Below, one piece after another: positions 1-10,217 of a DNA stretch of 64,000 nt (position 1 is the stretch's first letter; each line of letters begins with the position of its first letter). The stretch covers positions 29,723 to 93,722 of the forward strand of contig VXVC01000009.1 in the NCBI GenBank assembly GCA_009836625.1. Reading direction: 5' to 3'. Origin of the DNA: Holophagales bacterium (lineage in GTDB: Bacteria; Acidobacteriota; Thermoanaerobaculia; Multivoradales; Multivoraceae). Below the pieces are notes generated by a model. The model had not been told where the DNA came from. It was given only the letters and a program-made list of their open reading frames with translations, and did not search any database. Position numbers and translations under genes: made by a program.

Positions 1-254
1 TTGTCGCGGCAGCCCAGCAGCACCTCGTCGAAGCCCAGGTGGGCGGCGCGGCGCTCGACGGCGGGGGAATCCCTCCTGGCGCTCAGAAGACCGATTCCGA
101 GGCCGGCCTCGCGGGCGCGTCGCACGGCCAGGCCGTCCCGGGTATCGAATGCCACCGCCACCTCGTCGCCGACGTAGTAGAGCCGGCCGTCGGTGAGAAC
201 GCCGTCGACGTCGAAGAGCAGGAAGCGCAGACGCAGGACAACGGAGGTGAGCAT
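1..254 (-). CDS. kdsC: KDO 8-phosphate phosphatase (HAD family), partial, runs off the window start
   Basis: Manual translation from ATG at 254: MLTSVVLRLRFLLFDVDGVLTDGRLYY...FDTRDGLAV. It has HAD motif I (DVDGVLTDG) and lies directly downstream of kdsD. Not in the ORF track. Confidence 0.9.
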   Translation of the reverse strand, partial: MLTSVVLRLRFLLFDVDGVLTDGRLYYVGDEVAVAFDTRDGLAVRRAREAGLGIGLLSARRDSPAVERRAAHLGFDEVLLGCRD

Positions 255-272
255 GGAAGGACTCCGCGGGAG

Positions 273-1304
273 CTACTTGCGGCGCAGGCCCCAGAGGTCA
301 TGAATATGCACCAGGCCCTCGAGACGGCCGCCGGCGTGAGAGGTGAACAGGGACGTGATGCGGTGCCGCTCCATCGCCTCCTGGGCGACCGTGACCAGCG
401 CCTCCGCAGGGATCGTCTTCGGATCGGGCGTCATGTAGTGGCGCACCGAGCGGTCGAGGAAGGCGCCGCCGCCCCCGCTCGCCGCCGGATCCGTGTTCAG
501 CAACCGCCGGAGGTCGCCGTCGGAGATCACGCCGCAGAGGACGCCGCCGTCGTCGACGACCGCCGTGATGCCGAACGACTTCTGGGTCATCTCGAACAGC
601 GCCTCGCGCAGTGACGCTTCGAGCCCGACCCGGGGCACGGCGTCGCCGCGGTGCATGACCTGCTCCACGGTCATCAGTCGGCGGCCGAGCGCGCCGCCCG
701 GATGGAGCGTCGCGAAGTCCTCCAGCGTGAAGCCGCGGGCCTCGAGCAGCGCCATCGCGAGCGCGTCGCCCAGGGCCAGGGTGGCGGTGGTCGAGGCGGT
801 CGGGGCCAGGTTCAGGGGGCAGGCCTCCTGGTCGATCGCGGCCGAGAGGTGCAGGTCGGCCCGCTCGGCGATCGTGCTCCGGGCGGCGCCCGTGATCGCG
901 ATCAGGGGAACGCCGCGGCGATGCAGGACGTCGATCATCTTGAGCAGCTCTTCCGTGCCGCCGGACGACGACGCGGCCAGGACGACGTCGCCCGGCACGA
1001 TCATGCCGAGGTCGCCGTGGATCGCCTCTGCGGGATGGATGAAGAGGGCGGGGGTGCCGGTCGAGGACAGGGTCGCCGCCACCTTCTTCATCACGTGGCC
1101 GCTCTTGCCCATGCCGGTGCAGACCACGCGCCCGTGGCAGTCGCGCATCCGCCGCACCGCCTCGGCGAAGTCGTCGCCGAGCTGATCGATGAGACCCTGA
1201 ATCGCCGCCGCCTCGATCTCCAGCACCTTGCGGGCGATCTCCAGGCTGCGGTCGCCGGAGGCAGCGGCCGCCGCGACCCGTTCGGCCACCTTCGACTCGC
1301 TCAC
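273..1304 (-). CDS. kdsD: Arabinose-5-phosphate isomerase (KpsF/GutQ family, SIS plus CBS domains)
   Basis: GMGKSGH, HPAEAIHGDLG, CPLNLAPTASTT and HPGGALG motifs, with a C-terminal CBS pair. Confidence 0.95.
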   Translation of the reverse strand: MSESKVAERVAAAAASGDRSLEIARKVLEIEAAAIQGLIDQLGDDFAEAVRRMRDCHGRVVCTGMGKSGHVMKKVAATLSSTGTPALFIHPAEAIHGDLGMIVPGDVVLAASSSGGTEELLKMIDVLHRRGVPLIAITGAARSTIAERADLHLSAAIDQEACPLNLAPTASTTATLALGDALAMALLEARGFTLEDFATLHPGGALGRRLMTVEQVMHRGDAVPRVGLEASLREALFEMTQKSFGITAVVDDGGVLCGVISDGDLRRLLNTDPAASGGGGAFLDRSVRHYMTPDPKTIPAEALVTVAQEAMERHRITSLFTSHAGGRLEGLVHIHDLWGLRRK

Positions 1305-2137
1305 ACCCAGGGCCCCTCGGCGTTTCGCGAACGGTGGATCTCGAGCGCGGACAGGAGCAGGTTCTCGGCCCGCTGGAGCGGCAACTGCGTCTCCCGGTCG
1401 CAGCGCGCGCTGTCCGGATCGGGGTGCACCTCCAGGTAGAGGCCGGCAGCGCCGGCGGCGATGGCGGCCCGGGTCAGCGGTTCGGCGAAGCGGCGGTCGC
1501 CGCCGCTCTCCTTCTCCCGCGCCCCGGGAAGCTGCAGCGAGTGGGTCACGTCATAGAAGACGGCGATCCCGTGCTCGGCCAGGATCCGGAAGCTCCGCAT
1601 GTCGACGACCAGGTTGTGGTAGCCGAACGAGCTGCCGCGCTCGGTGACGGCGACCCGGGCGTTGCCCGTCGCCCGCGCCTTGTCGACCGTTCTCGCCATG
1701 TCGGCGGGCGCCATGAACTGGCCCTTCTTGATCAGGAGCGCTCTGCCGGTCGCCGCGGCTTCGACCACCAGGTCGGTCTGCCGGCAGAGGAAGGCCGGGA
1801 TCTGGAGCACGTCGCACACTTCGGCGGCGGCGCCGCAGTGCCCCGGCTCGTGGACGTCGGTCAGCACGGAGAGGCCGGTGGCCGCCTTGACTTCCTCGAG
1901 CGCCTTGAGCCCGTCGCGAAGTCCGGGACCGCGGAAGCTGTCGCCCGAGCTGCGGTTCGCCTTGTCGAAGGAGGACTTGAAGATCAGCGGCAGACCCAGA
2001 CGATGGCTCATCGCCTGGAGTTCCTGGCCGAAGCCGACCAGCCAGTCGCGGCCCTCGATCACGCAGGGACCGGCGATCACCGGCAGCGCGCCGCCACCGA
2101 GAGCTACCCCCGGCGCGAGCTCGAAGCCGTCTGCCAA
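1301..2137 (-). CDS. kdsA: KDO 8-phosphate synthase
   Basis: IAGPCVIE, FKSSFDKANRSS, QIPAFLCRQTDL, KKGQF and ERGSSFGY motifs. Confidence 0.97.
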   Translation of the reverse strand: MADGFELAPGVALGGGALPVIAGPCVIEGRDWLVGFGQELQAMSHRLGLPLIFKSSFDKANRSSGDSFRGPGLRDGLKALEEVKAATGLSVLTDVHEPGHCGAAAEVCDVLQIPAFLCRQTDLVVEAAATGRALLIKKGQFMAPADMARTVDKARATGNARVAVTERGSSFGYHNLVVDMRSFRILAEHGIAVFYDVTHSLQLPGAREKESGGDRRFAEPLTRAAIAAGAAGLYLEVHPDPDSARCDRETQLPLQRAENLLLSALEIHRSRNAEGPWV

Positions 2138-2144
2138 GACGTCC

Positions 2145-3851
<1,707 letters not shown>

Positions 3852-4628
3852 TCAGCCACTCACTTCGGCGAGCATCCGGCGCTCGGCCAGCGCCAGGTCC
3901 ATCGGCGTGTCGACCCCCAGGGGCGCCTCGTCGACCGGCAGCACGCGGATGCGGATGCCGTTCTCCAGGGCCCGAAGCTGCTCCAGGCCTTCACAGCGCT
4001 CGAGCGGGGTCTGCTCCAGGGCGGCGAGCCGCAGGAGCACCCTCCGCCGGTAGCCGTAGACGCCCACGTGCAACCGGACCGGCGCGGCCGGTTCTCCTTC
4101 GTCCGCCAGTTGCCGGCGGAAGGGAATCCCCGCGCGGCTGAAGTACAGGGCGTAGCCGTCGCCCCCGCAGACGACCTTGACCTGGTTCGGATCCCGCAGC
4201 GCATCCTCGTCGACCTCGGCGGCCAGCGTCGCCATGTCCTCTCCGGGATGAGCGCGAAGGTGCGAGGCGAGCTCGCTGATCGCCGCGGGATCGAGCAGAG
4301 GCTCGTCGCCCTGCACGTTGATCACGGCGTCGGCACGCCACCGGCGAGCCGCCCAGGCGATGCGGTCGGTACCGCTCCTGCAGTCCTCCGGCGTCATCTC
4401 GCAGTGACCGCCGAAGCCCTCCACCGTGCGGCGGATCTCCTCGTGGTCCGTCAGCACGACGACGGCGTCGAGGCCCGTGGCCTCGCTCGCTCGCCGGTAG
4501 ACGTGCTCGATCATCGGTCGGCCGCAGATCGGTAGCAGAGCCTTTCTGGGCAGTCGGATCGAGTCATAGCGAGCAGGAATGGCACAGACGACGCCGACCG
4601 CGTCTGCTACGAGTCCAGCACTCGACAC
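3852..4628 (-). CDS. kdsB: 3-deoxy-manno-octulosonate cytidylyltransferase
   Basis: IPARYDSIRLPRK, SGTDR, NVQGDEP and LEQLRALENG motifs. Start moved from the ORF-track 4712 to GTG 4628, which follows a TTGACC-N18-TAGGGT promoter. Confidence 0.93.
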   Translation of the reverse strand: MSSAGLVADAVGVVCAIPARYDSIRLPRKALLPICGRPMIEHVYRRASEATGLDAVVVLTDHEEIRRTVEGFGGHCEMTPEDCRSGTDRIAWAARRWRADAVINVQGDEPLLDPAAISELASHLRAHPGEDMATLAAEVDEDALRDPNQVKVVCGGDGYALYFSRAGIPFRRQLADEGEPAAPVRLHVGVYGYRRRVLLRLAALEQTPLERCEGLEQLRALENGIRIRVLPVDEAPLGVDTPMDLALAERRMLAEVSG

Positions 4629-4633
4629 GGACG

Positions 4634-4663
4634 ACCCTACCCGCGTGATGCGCCGGGGGTCAA
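4634..4663 (-). promoter_or_regulatory. Sigma70-like promoter of the kdsB-pyrG-kdsADC operon, apparently leaderless
   Basis: TTGACC (4663-4658), N18, TAGGGT (4639-4634), then 5 nt to GTG 4628. Confidence 0.55.
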
Positions 4664-4687
4664 ACCAGCCGGCTGTAGGCTGGCGCC

Positions 4688-5605
4688 GTGAAGAAGGCGC
4701 ATCGATCCGCACCGGCAGGGACGGTGCTCGCCGTCGCGTTGCTGGCCATGGGATTGGCGCAGTCGGGCTGCGTCAGCGCGCCGCCGCCAACCGGCGCCGC
4801 GGAGTGGATCTGGGCCGACGGCGGCGGCGCGGAGCCGGGCGTGCCGGCGTCCTACGTGTTGCTGCGCGACTTCGAGCTGCCGGCGGCGCCCGAGGCGGCG
4901 GCGCGCCTGTTCGTCGTGGCGGATCGCGAGTACGCGGTGCACCTGAACGGACACCAGATGGCCCGGGGCGCGTACCGCCGGGGCGAACCGATCGACGAGT
5001 TCCAGGTCGCCCACCTGCTACGCGAGGGTTCGAACCGCCTCACGATCGAAGCACGGGCGCCCCACGGCGACGGCGGCGTCCTCGCCGGCGTCGAGCTCGA
5101 CGACGGCTCGATGCCGGTGGTGACGGACGGCGAGTGGCGGTTCACCGAAGCCTGGGATCCCCGCCTGGTCAAGGGAGAGATCGCGCTCGCGGACGCGGCC
5201 CCGACGCTCCGACCGGTCCGGGTCTGGGGTCGGCCGCCAGTCGGCCGCTGGGGCAGGGTGAGCCGCGGCGAACTGCGGAAACCCGATCAGATCTGGCGCT
5301 CTGCCGTAGCCTGGCGCATCGTCCGCGTGACGGCGTCGCCGGGCCTCGAGATCGAGCCCGGGATGCGGTCCTCGCACCGCGTCGACTTCGGCCGGGAGGT
5401 CGCCGGCGTGCTCGAACTCGACTTTCGACCGTCCACGACCAAGGGCCACCGGGAGCTGCGCATCTGCCTGGCCGGCGACTGCGAGCGACGGTCCCTGGTG
5501 CTGACTCCCGGCAGGCCGGCCTGGCGCGATGCGGACCCACGCAGCTTCGACACGGTGATCGTCAGCGGCGTGCCCGGACTGCGGGCGGTCCGGGCGCGAC
5601 GTTAG
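4688..5605 (+). CDS. Secreted or lipoprotein hypothetical protein with an alpha-L-rhamnosidase N-terminal-like beta-sandwich
   Basis: Hydrophobic signal ending in LAQSGC. The segment LLRDFELP...RLFVVADREYAVHLNGH...LREGSNRLTIE resembles rhamnosidase N-terminal domains. No catalytic barrel follows. Confidence 0.55.
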   Translation: MKKAHRSAPAGTVLAVALLAMGLAQSGCVSAPPPTGAAEWIWADGGGAEPGVPASYVLLRDFELPAAPEAAARLFVVADREYAVHLNGHQMARGAYRRGEPIDEFQVAHLLREGSNRLTIEARAPHGDGGVLAGVELDDGSMPVVTDGEWRFTEAWDPRLVKGEIALADAAPTLRPVRVWGRPPVGRWGRVSRGELRKPDQIWRSAVAWRIVRVTASPGLEIEPGMRSSHRVDFGREVAGVLELDFRPSTTKGHRELRICLAGDCERRSLVLTPGRPAWRDADPRSFDTVIVSGVPGLRAVRARR

Positions 5606-7992
5606 GGGCAGGCGAAAGCGCGATTGTCGCGAACAGCCACGAAGGGACCTCGACTGGTCTCGTAGTCCCTTCCGCGGACCTCGCCTTCGGCTTCCGGCTG
5701 GTGTTCGACCTTCACCCGGACCGCCAGGTCCGTCGCGCCACCCATGTACACCCAATAGCGCCCACTCGTCACACATGCGTCGAGCACCTTCAGGAAGATC
5801 TCGACGTTGCCCGGCTGGAGAAACGTGTAGTAGCCGGTGTCCCGCGTCAGTGAGTTCGCGGCCGCGGGCTTCCATTCCGCTGTCCTGGGATCCTGATACT
5901 CGGCTGTGGCGCTGAACCTGCCGTCGTGCAGACAGACCTTCGAAGAGTCCGGGAAGCGACAGGCGCCCGCGTCAGGGCGCCCCACCGGAATCACCTCGAC
6001 ACCGGACCGGACACCCAAGGGCGGGCCGGGATTCCTATCGTCGCCATCAGCGGCCGCCACGTCGACCTCGACATCCACCGCCGCTGGCTCGCGGACTCCC
6101 TCCGAGCAGGGGAAAGCCCTCAGGTCCGTGATCGCCCGGAACGGACGACCGCCGACGGTCTCGTACCCGGCGCTTCGCTCCGTCGCGTTGTCCAGCACCG
6201 TCAGCCGGATGCCGAGGTCCGTGGCGCCGCCGGCGAACACCCAGTAGTGGTGGTTGACCCCGCAGGCGTCGAGTACCTTCACCATGACTTCGACGTTGAT
6301 GTCGTCGAAGAACGTGAAGAACCCGGTGTCGCGGCTGAACGGCCTGGGACGCGCCGAGGTCCATCCCTGACGCTTCGGATCGAAGAAGCCGACGGTCACG
6401 GCGAACCGGTCCTCGCCCAGGCAGAGCTCGAGCGGGTCTTCAGACGCGCAGACGTTGGCCCGAGAGTCATCCTCCGAGAGCACTTCAACGCCCAGACTCG
6501 CCGTGAGCGCTTCGTCGACCGGCATTCCCCCAGCGTCGACGAAGGCGGCAGTCGCCGTGATCGTGTTCCAGCCCGGGTGCTGGAAGGACCATGGCAACGT
6601 CGCCGAGTCGTTGTCGACCACCTCTCCCGCAACGGTCCAGGTGTAGCGACCGGCGTCGGCATCCGTCCGTGCGCGGAAGATCACCGTCCGACCCCTGACG
6701 ACGATGTCCTGGTCAACCGTCAACGTCAGGCGGGGCATCACCGCCCCGCAGGTGGGGATCGCGTCGGTCTCACCGGTCAGGGCCCCATACCACCCCAGCA
6801 GGGAAGCCGGCAGGCACACGCGATTCGTCCCCCGCGCCCTGAAGTCGGTCAGGCTGGCAAGCCGGCTGAAGGCGGCCGGCACCTCGCCGGTGAGATCGTT
6901 GTCCTCGAGGTAGAGCCGCTCCAGACTGGCGAGAGCTCCGAGTTCCGCGGGAATGCTCCCCGTGAGGCGGTTGGACTGCAGGGCGAGGACGGAGAGGTCG
7001 CCGAGATCGCCGAGCTCCGGAGGGATGTTCCCGGTCAGGCGGTTGAAGTCCAGGCCAAGGACGAAGAGGTCGGACAGATCTCCGAGTTCCGCAGGGATGT
7101 TCCCGGTCAGGCGGTTGGAATCCAGGGCAAGGATGAAGAGGTCGGACAGATCTCCGAGCTGCCGGGGGATGTTCCCGGTCAGGCGGTTGGAATGCAGACT
7201 AAGGAGAGTGAGGCTGGACAGATCTCCTATCTCCGAAGGAATCGTCCCATCCAGACCGTTGGACGACAGGTCGAGGAGCTGGAGATCGGAGAGCCCGCCC
7301 AGCTCGACCGGAATGCTCCCCGTCAGCTCGTTGGACGACAGATAGAGCTGCTGGAGATTCGAGAGCGCTCCCAGTTCCTGAGGAATCCTCCCAACAAGGC
7401 GGTTGGAATCCAGGGAAAGCAGCGTCAGGCTCGCAAGATCCCCCAGCTCCGCGGGAACACTCCCGGTCAGGTCGTTGTCCCGAAGATCCAGATGGAGGAG
7501 ATTCGACAGGGATCCCAGATGAGCCGGAATGCTCCCCGTCAGATCGTTGTACCCCAGGCCGAGGCTCACGAGGTCGGTGAGTTCTCCCAGTGAGCGAGGA
7601 ATAGCGCCCGTCAGGTCGTTGAACGACAGTTCCAGACTCAGGAGCTGATCCAGGCCTCCGAGCTCCGGAGGGATACTCCCGGTCAGGTCGTTCAACGGCA
7701 GAAAGAGCTGCAGGAGGCTGGAGAGCTCTCCCAACGAGGGAGGAATGCTCCCAGTGAGGCCGTTGGACGACAGAACGAGCGAAATCACGCGGCCACTTCG
7801 GTCGACCTCGACGCCGAACCACTCGCCGATAGCCGTGGAGTCGTCCTTCCAGTTCGTGTTGTTCGTCCAGTTGTCGCCGCCGGTGCTGTCGTAGAACGCC
7901 TCCAGAACGGCTCTCTCGTCGACCTGCGCTGCCGCCGGCGTGGAGAGGCCCGCCAGAGCCAGGGTGACCAACGCGGCTACGGTTCTTCCCAT
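5602..7992 (-). CDS. Secreted leucine-rich-repeat protein (13 plant-type 24-aa LRRs, PKD/Ig-like domain, two Cys-capped C-terminal domains)
   Basis: Signal peptide, N-cap ERAVLEAFYDSTGGDNW, repeats of LxxLxLxxNxLTGxIPxELGxL and a duplicated C-terminal domain. Confidence 0.9.
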   Translation of the reverse strand: MGRTVAALVTLALAGLSTPAAAQVDERAVLEAFYDSTGGDNWTNNTNWKDDSTAIGEWFGVEVDRSGRVISLVLSSNGLTGSIPPSLGELSSLLQLFLPLNDLTGSIPPELGGLDQLLSLELSFNDLTGAIPRSLGELTDLVSLGLGYNDLTGSIPAHLGSLSNLLHLDLRDNDLTGSVPAELGDLASLTLLSLDSNRLVGRIPQELGALSNLQQLYLSSNELTGSIPVELGGLSDLQLLDLSSNGLDGTIPSEIGDLSSLTLLSLHSNRLTGNIPRQLGDLSDLFILALDSNRLTGNIPAELGDLSDLFVLGLDFNRLTGNIPPELGDLGDLSVLALQSNRLTGSIPAELGALASLERLYLEDNDLTGEVPAAFSRLASLTDFRARGTNRVCLPASLLGWYGALTGETDAIPTCGAVMPRLTLTVDQDIVVRGRTVIFRARTDADAGRYTWTVAGEVVDNDSATLPWSFQHPGWNTITATAAFVDAGGMPVDEALTASLGVEVLSEDDSRANVCASEDPLELCLGEDRFAVTVGFFDPKRQGWTSARPRPFSRDTGFFTFFDDINVEVMVKVLDACGVNHHYWVFAGGATDLGIRLTVLDNATERSAGYETVGGRPFRAITDLRAFPCSEGVREPAAVDVEVDVAAADGDDRNPGPPLGVRSGVEVIPVGRPDAGACRFPDSSKVCLHDGRFSATAEYQDPRTAEWKPAAANSLTRDTGYYTFLQPGNVEIFLKVLDACVTSGRYWVYMGGATDLAVRVKVEHQPEAEGEVRGRDYETSRGPFVAVRDNRAFACP
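7022..7189 (-). repeat. Near-identical 72-nt coding tandem repeats inside the LRR gene
   Basis: GGGATGTTCCCGGTCAGGCGGTTG occurs at 7022, 7094 and 7166, an exact 72-nt period. Confidence 0.85.
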
Positions 7993-8621
7993 TGGATGCC
8001 CGCGGGCGGCTGGAAGCGGCCGGGCGGCGCGCCGGAGCGGTAGTCGCCGACCAGGAAGCGGTTCTCGTTGCGCTGGGCGTCGTAGTAGGTCAGTTCCCGC
8101 AAGCGCTGGTCCCCGGCGTCGATGACGACCTGTACTTCCACGACGTCCTCACTCGGTTCGAGCGGCCGCAGAACCAGGCGCAGCCGGTTTCCTTCGGCCG
8201 CGTCCAGCTCAGCCTCGTAGCGGTTTCGGAGGTCGCCGGTCGTGAGCAGAAAGAAGTCGAGGCCGGGCGCGGGCTGTTCCGAGAGGTCGTAGCGCTGCCC
8301 GACCGGCTCGCCGGGATTCCAGTGGTGGACGGTGCGCCCGCAGAGCAGGAACGCCTTCTCGAACGGCGGGGTGTAGTCCCAGCGCAGGCAGCCCGGCAAG
8401 TCGATGGCGAGGCTGCCGCGCTCGGTCTCACCGTCCTCGGGCGCGAAGCCGAAGGGGACGAAGGTCTGCACGAAGCCCGCCGACAGCGGCCCCGAACTCT
8501 CGAGCCCTCGCCGGAAGTCGTCGAGCACCTGCCAAGGGTCGTCGGCGGCCTGCGCCGCCGGGGCGAAGCCGAACGCCGAGGCGACCACGGTCGCCAGTAC
8601 CGCCGCCCGGACGGCTGACAT
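7977..8621 (-). CDS. lolA: Outer-membrane lipoprotein carrier protein LolA
   Basis: Signal peptide followed by FVQTF...GSLAIDLPGCLRWDYTPP and a C-terminal F.PPAG. The ATG at 8621 overlaps the purH stop (TGATG). Confidence 0.75.
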   Translation of the reverse strand: MSAVRAAVLATVVASAFGFAPAAQAADDPWQVLDDFRRGLESSGPLSAGFVQTFVPFGFAPEDGETERGSLAIDLPGCLRWDYTPPFEKAFLLCGRTVHHWNPGEPVGQRYDLSEQPAPGLDFFLLTTGDLRNRYEAELDAAEGNRLRLVLRPLEPSEDVVEVQVVIDAGDQRLRELTYYDAQRNENRFLVGDYRSGAPPGRFQPPAGIQWEEP

Positions 8622-10180
8622 CAATGCTTGAAGTGACGCCGGCCGGTGAGCACCATCGCGATGCCGTGCTCGTCGGCGGCGGCGACGATCTCGTCGTCGC
8701 GCACCGAGCCGCCGGGCTGGGCGATCGCGGTCACGCCGGCGGCAGCCAGGGTGTCGACGCCGTCGCGGAAGGGGAAAAAGGCGTCGGAGGCCGCCACCGT
8801 CCCGGCGAGGTCCAGTTGCGCCTTGTCCAGAGCGATCCGGCAGGAGTCGACCCGGCTCATCTGGCCGGCGCCGATGCCCACCGTCTGGTGCTCGTTGGTG
8901 ACGACGATCGCGTTCGACTTCGTCGCCCGGCAGACCTTCCACGCGAAGTCGAGAGCCCGAAGCCGGGCCGCGTCCGGCTGGGCCCGGGTCGGACAGGACC
9001 AGCCGGCCGGGTCCTCCGGCGCGGCGTCGATCTGCTGGCCGAGAAAGCCGCCCTCGATCGCCCGCAACTCCCACTGGCCGGGGACGGGCGAGAAGGCGGG
9101 ACACTCGAGCAGCCGCAGGTTCTTCTTGCGGCCCAGCCGCTCGAGCGCGGCCGGCTCGTAGGCGGGCGCCGTCACGACCTCGACAAAGAGCTTCGCCATC
9201 GCTTCCGCGAGCGCGCCGTCGAAGGGCCGGTTGACGGCGATGATCGAACCGAACGCCGACACCGGATCGCAGGCCAGCGCCCGTTCGTAGGCCTCGACCA
9301 GCGTGCCGCCGCGACCGACGCCGCAGGGGTTGTTGTGCTTGACGATGACCACGGTCGGGTCTTCGTCCGGACCGTCGAACAGCGCCGACAGCTTGCGCGC
9401 CGCGTCGGCGTCCAGGAGGTTGTTCCACGAGAGTTCCTTGCCCTGAAGCTGGCGGAAGCCGCCGAACACCCCGCCGCCGCCGACCTGCCGGTAGACCGCG
9501 GCCGCCTGGTGCGGGTTCTCGCCATAGCGCGGCTGGAGCACCCGCTCGAGTTCGAGCCGCACCGTGCCCGGAAGCGCGTCGGGCGCCCAGCCCGCACCGT
9601 TGGCCAGCCAGTCGGCGATCGCCGTGTCGTAGCTCCGCGTGTGCCGGAAGGCCTTCAGCGCCAGCCCGCGGCGGACCTCATCGGACAGGCCGCCCTCGCT
9701 CTCGAGCGCCGCCAGGACAACCGCGTAATCGGACGGGTCGACCACGACGGCGACGTTGGCGAAGTTCTTGGCAGCCGCCCGGACCATGCTGGGTCCGCCG
9801 ATGTCGATCATCTCGACGGTTCCGTCCACCGACGCGTCCGGCGCCGCGGCGGCGTCCGCGAACGGGTAGAGATTGACCGCCACCAGGTCGATCGGCGGTA
9901 TCTCGTGCTCCTCGAGTTCGTCGCGGTGTTCCGAACGCCGGCGGTCGGCGAGGATGCCGCCGAAGATCCGTGGATGCAGGCTCTTGACCCGGCCGTGGAG
10001 AATCTCCGGGTGGCCGGTGATCTCGGACACCGCGGTCACCGGCACACCGCGTTCCGCGAGGCGCCGCGCCGTGCCGCCGGTGGAGATGATCTCGACACCC
10101 AGCTTCGCCAGACCCGATCCCAGATCCTCCAGCCCCGTCTTGTCGAAGACCGAAACCAGTGCACGGCGAACGGGGAGCAT
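8621..10180 (-). CDS. purH: Bifunctional AICAR transformylase/IMP cyclohydrolase
   Basis: RRALVSVFDKTG, STGGT, GRVKSLHP, DIGGPSM, RYGENPHQ, ASDAFFPF and RHFKH motifs. Start set at MLPVRRAL (10180). Confidence 0.97.
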   Translation of the reverse strand: MLPVRRALVSVFDKTGLEDLGSGLAKLGVEIISTGGTARRLAERGVPVTAVSEITGHPEILHGRVKSLHPRIFGGILADRRRSEHRDELEEHEIPPIDLVAVNLYPFADAAAAPDASVDGTVEMIDIGGPSMVRAAAKNFANVAVVVDPSDYAVVLAALESEGGLSDEVRRGLALKAFRHTRSYDTAIADWLANGAGWAPDALPGTVRLELERVLQPRYGENPHQAAAVYRQVGGGGVFGGFRQLQGKELSWNNLLDADAARKLSALFDGPDEDPTVVIVKHNNPCGVGRGGTLVEAYERALACDPVSAFGSIIAVNRPFDGALAEAMAKLFVEVVTAPAYEPAALERLGRKKNLRLLECPAFSPVPGQWELRAIEGGFLGQQIDAAPEDPAGWSCPTRAQPDAARLRALDFAWKVCRATKSNAIVVTNEHQTVGIGAGQMSRVDSCRIALDKAQLDLAGTVAASDAFFPFRDGVDTLAAAGVTAIAQPGGSVRDDEIVAAADEHGIAMVLTGRRHFKH

Positions 10181-10217
10181 CGGCGTCGGCGCAGCGTAGC
10201 ACGCTGCAGGCCGCCTT

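Noticed and set aside
6850-7760. Periodic repeats as a CRISPR array
   Set aside because: The 72-nt period is in frame and encodes LRR units. There are no unique spacers and no cas genes.
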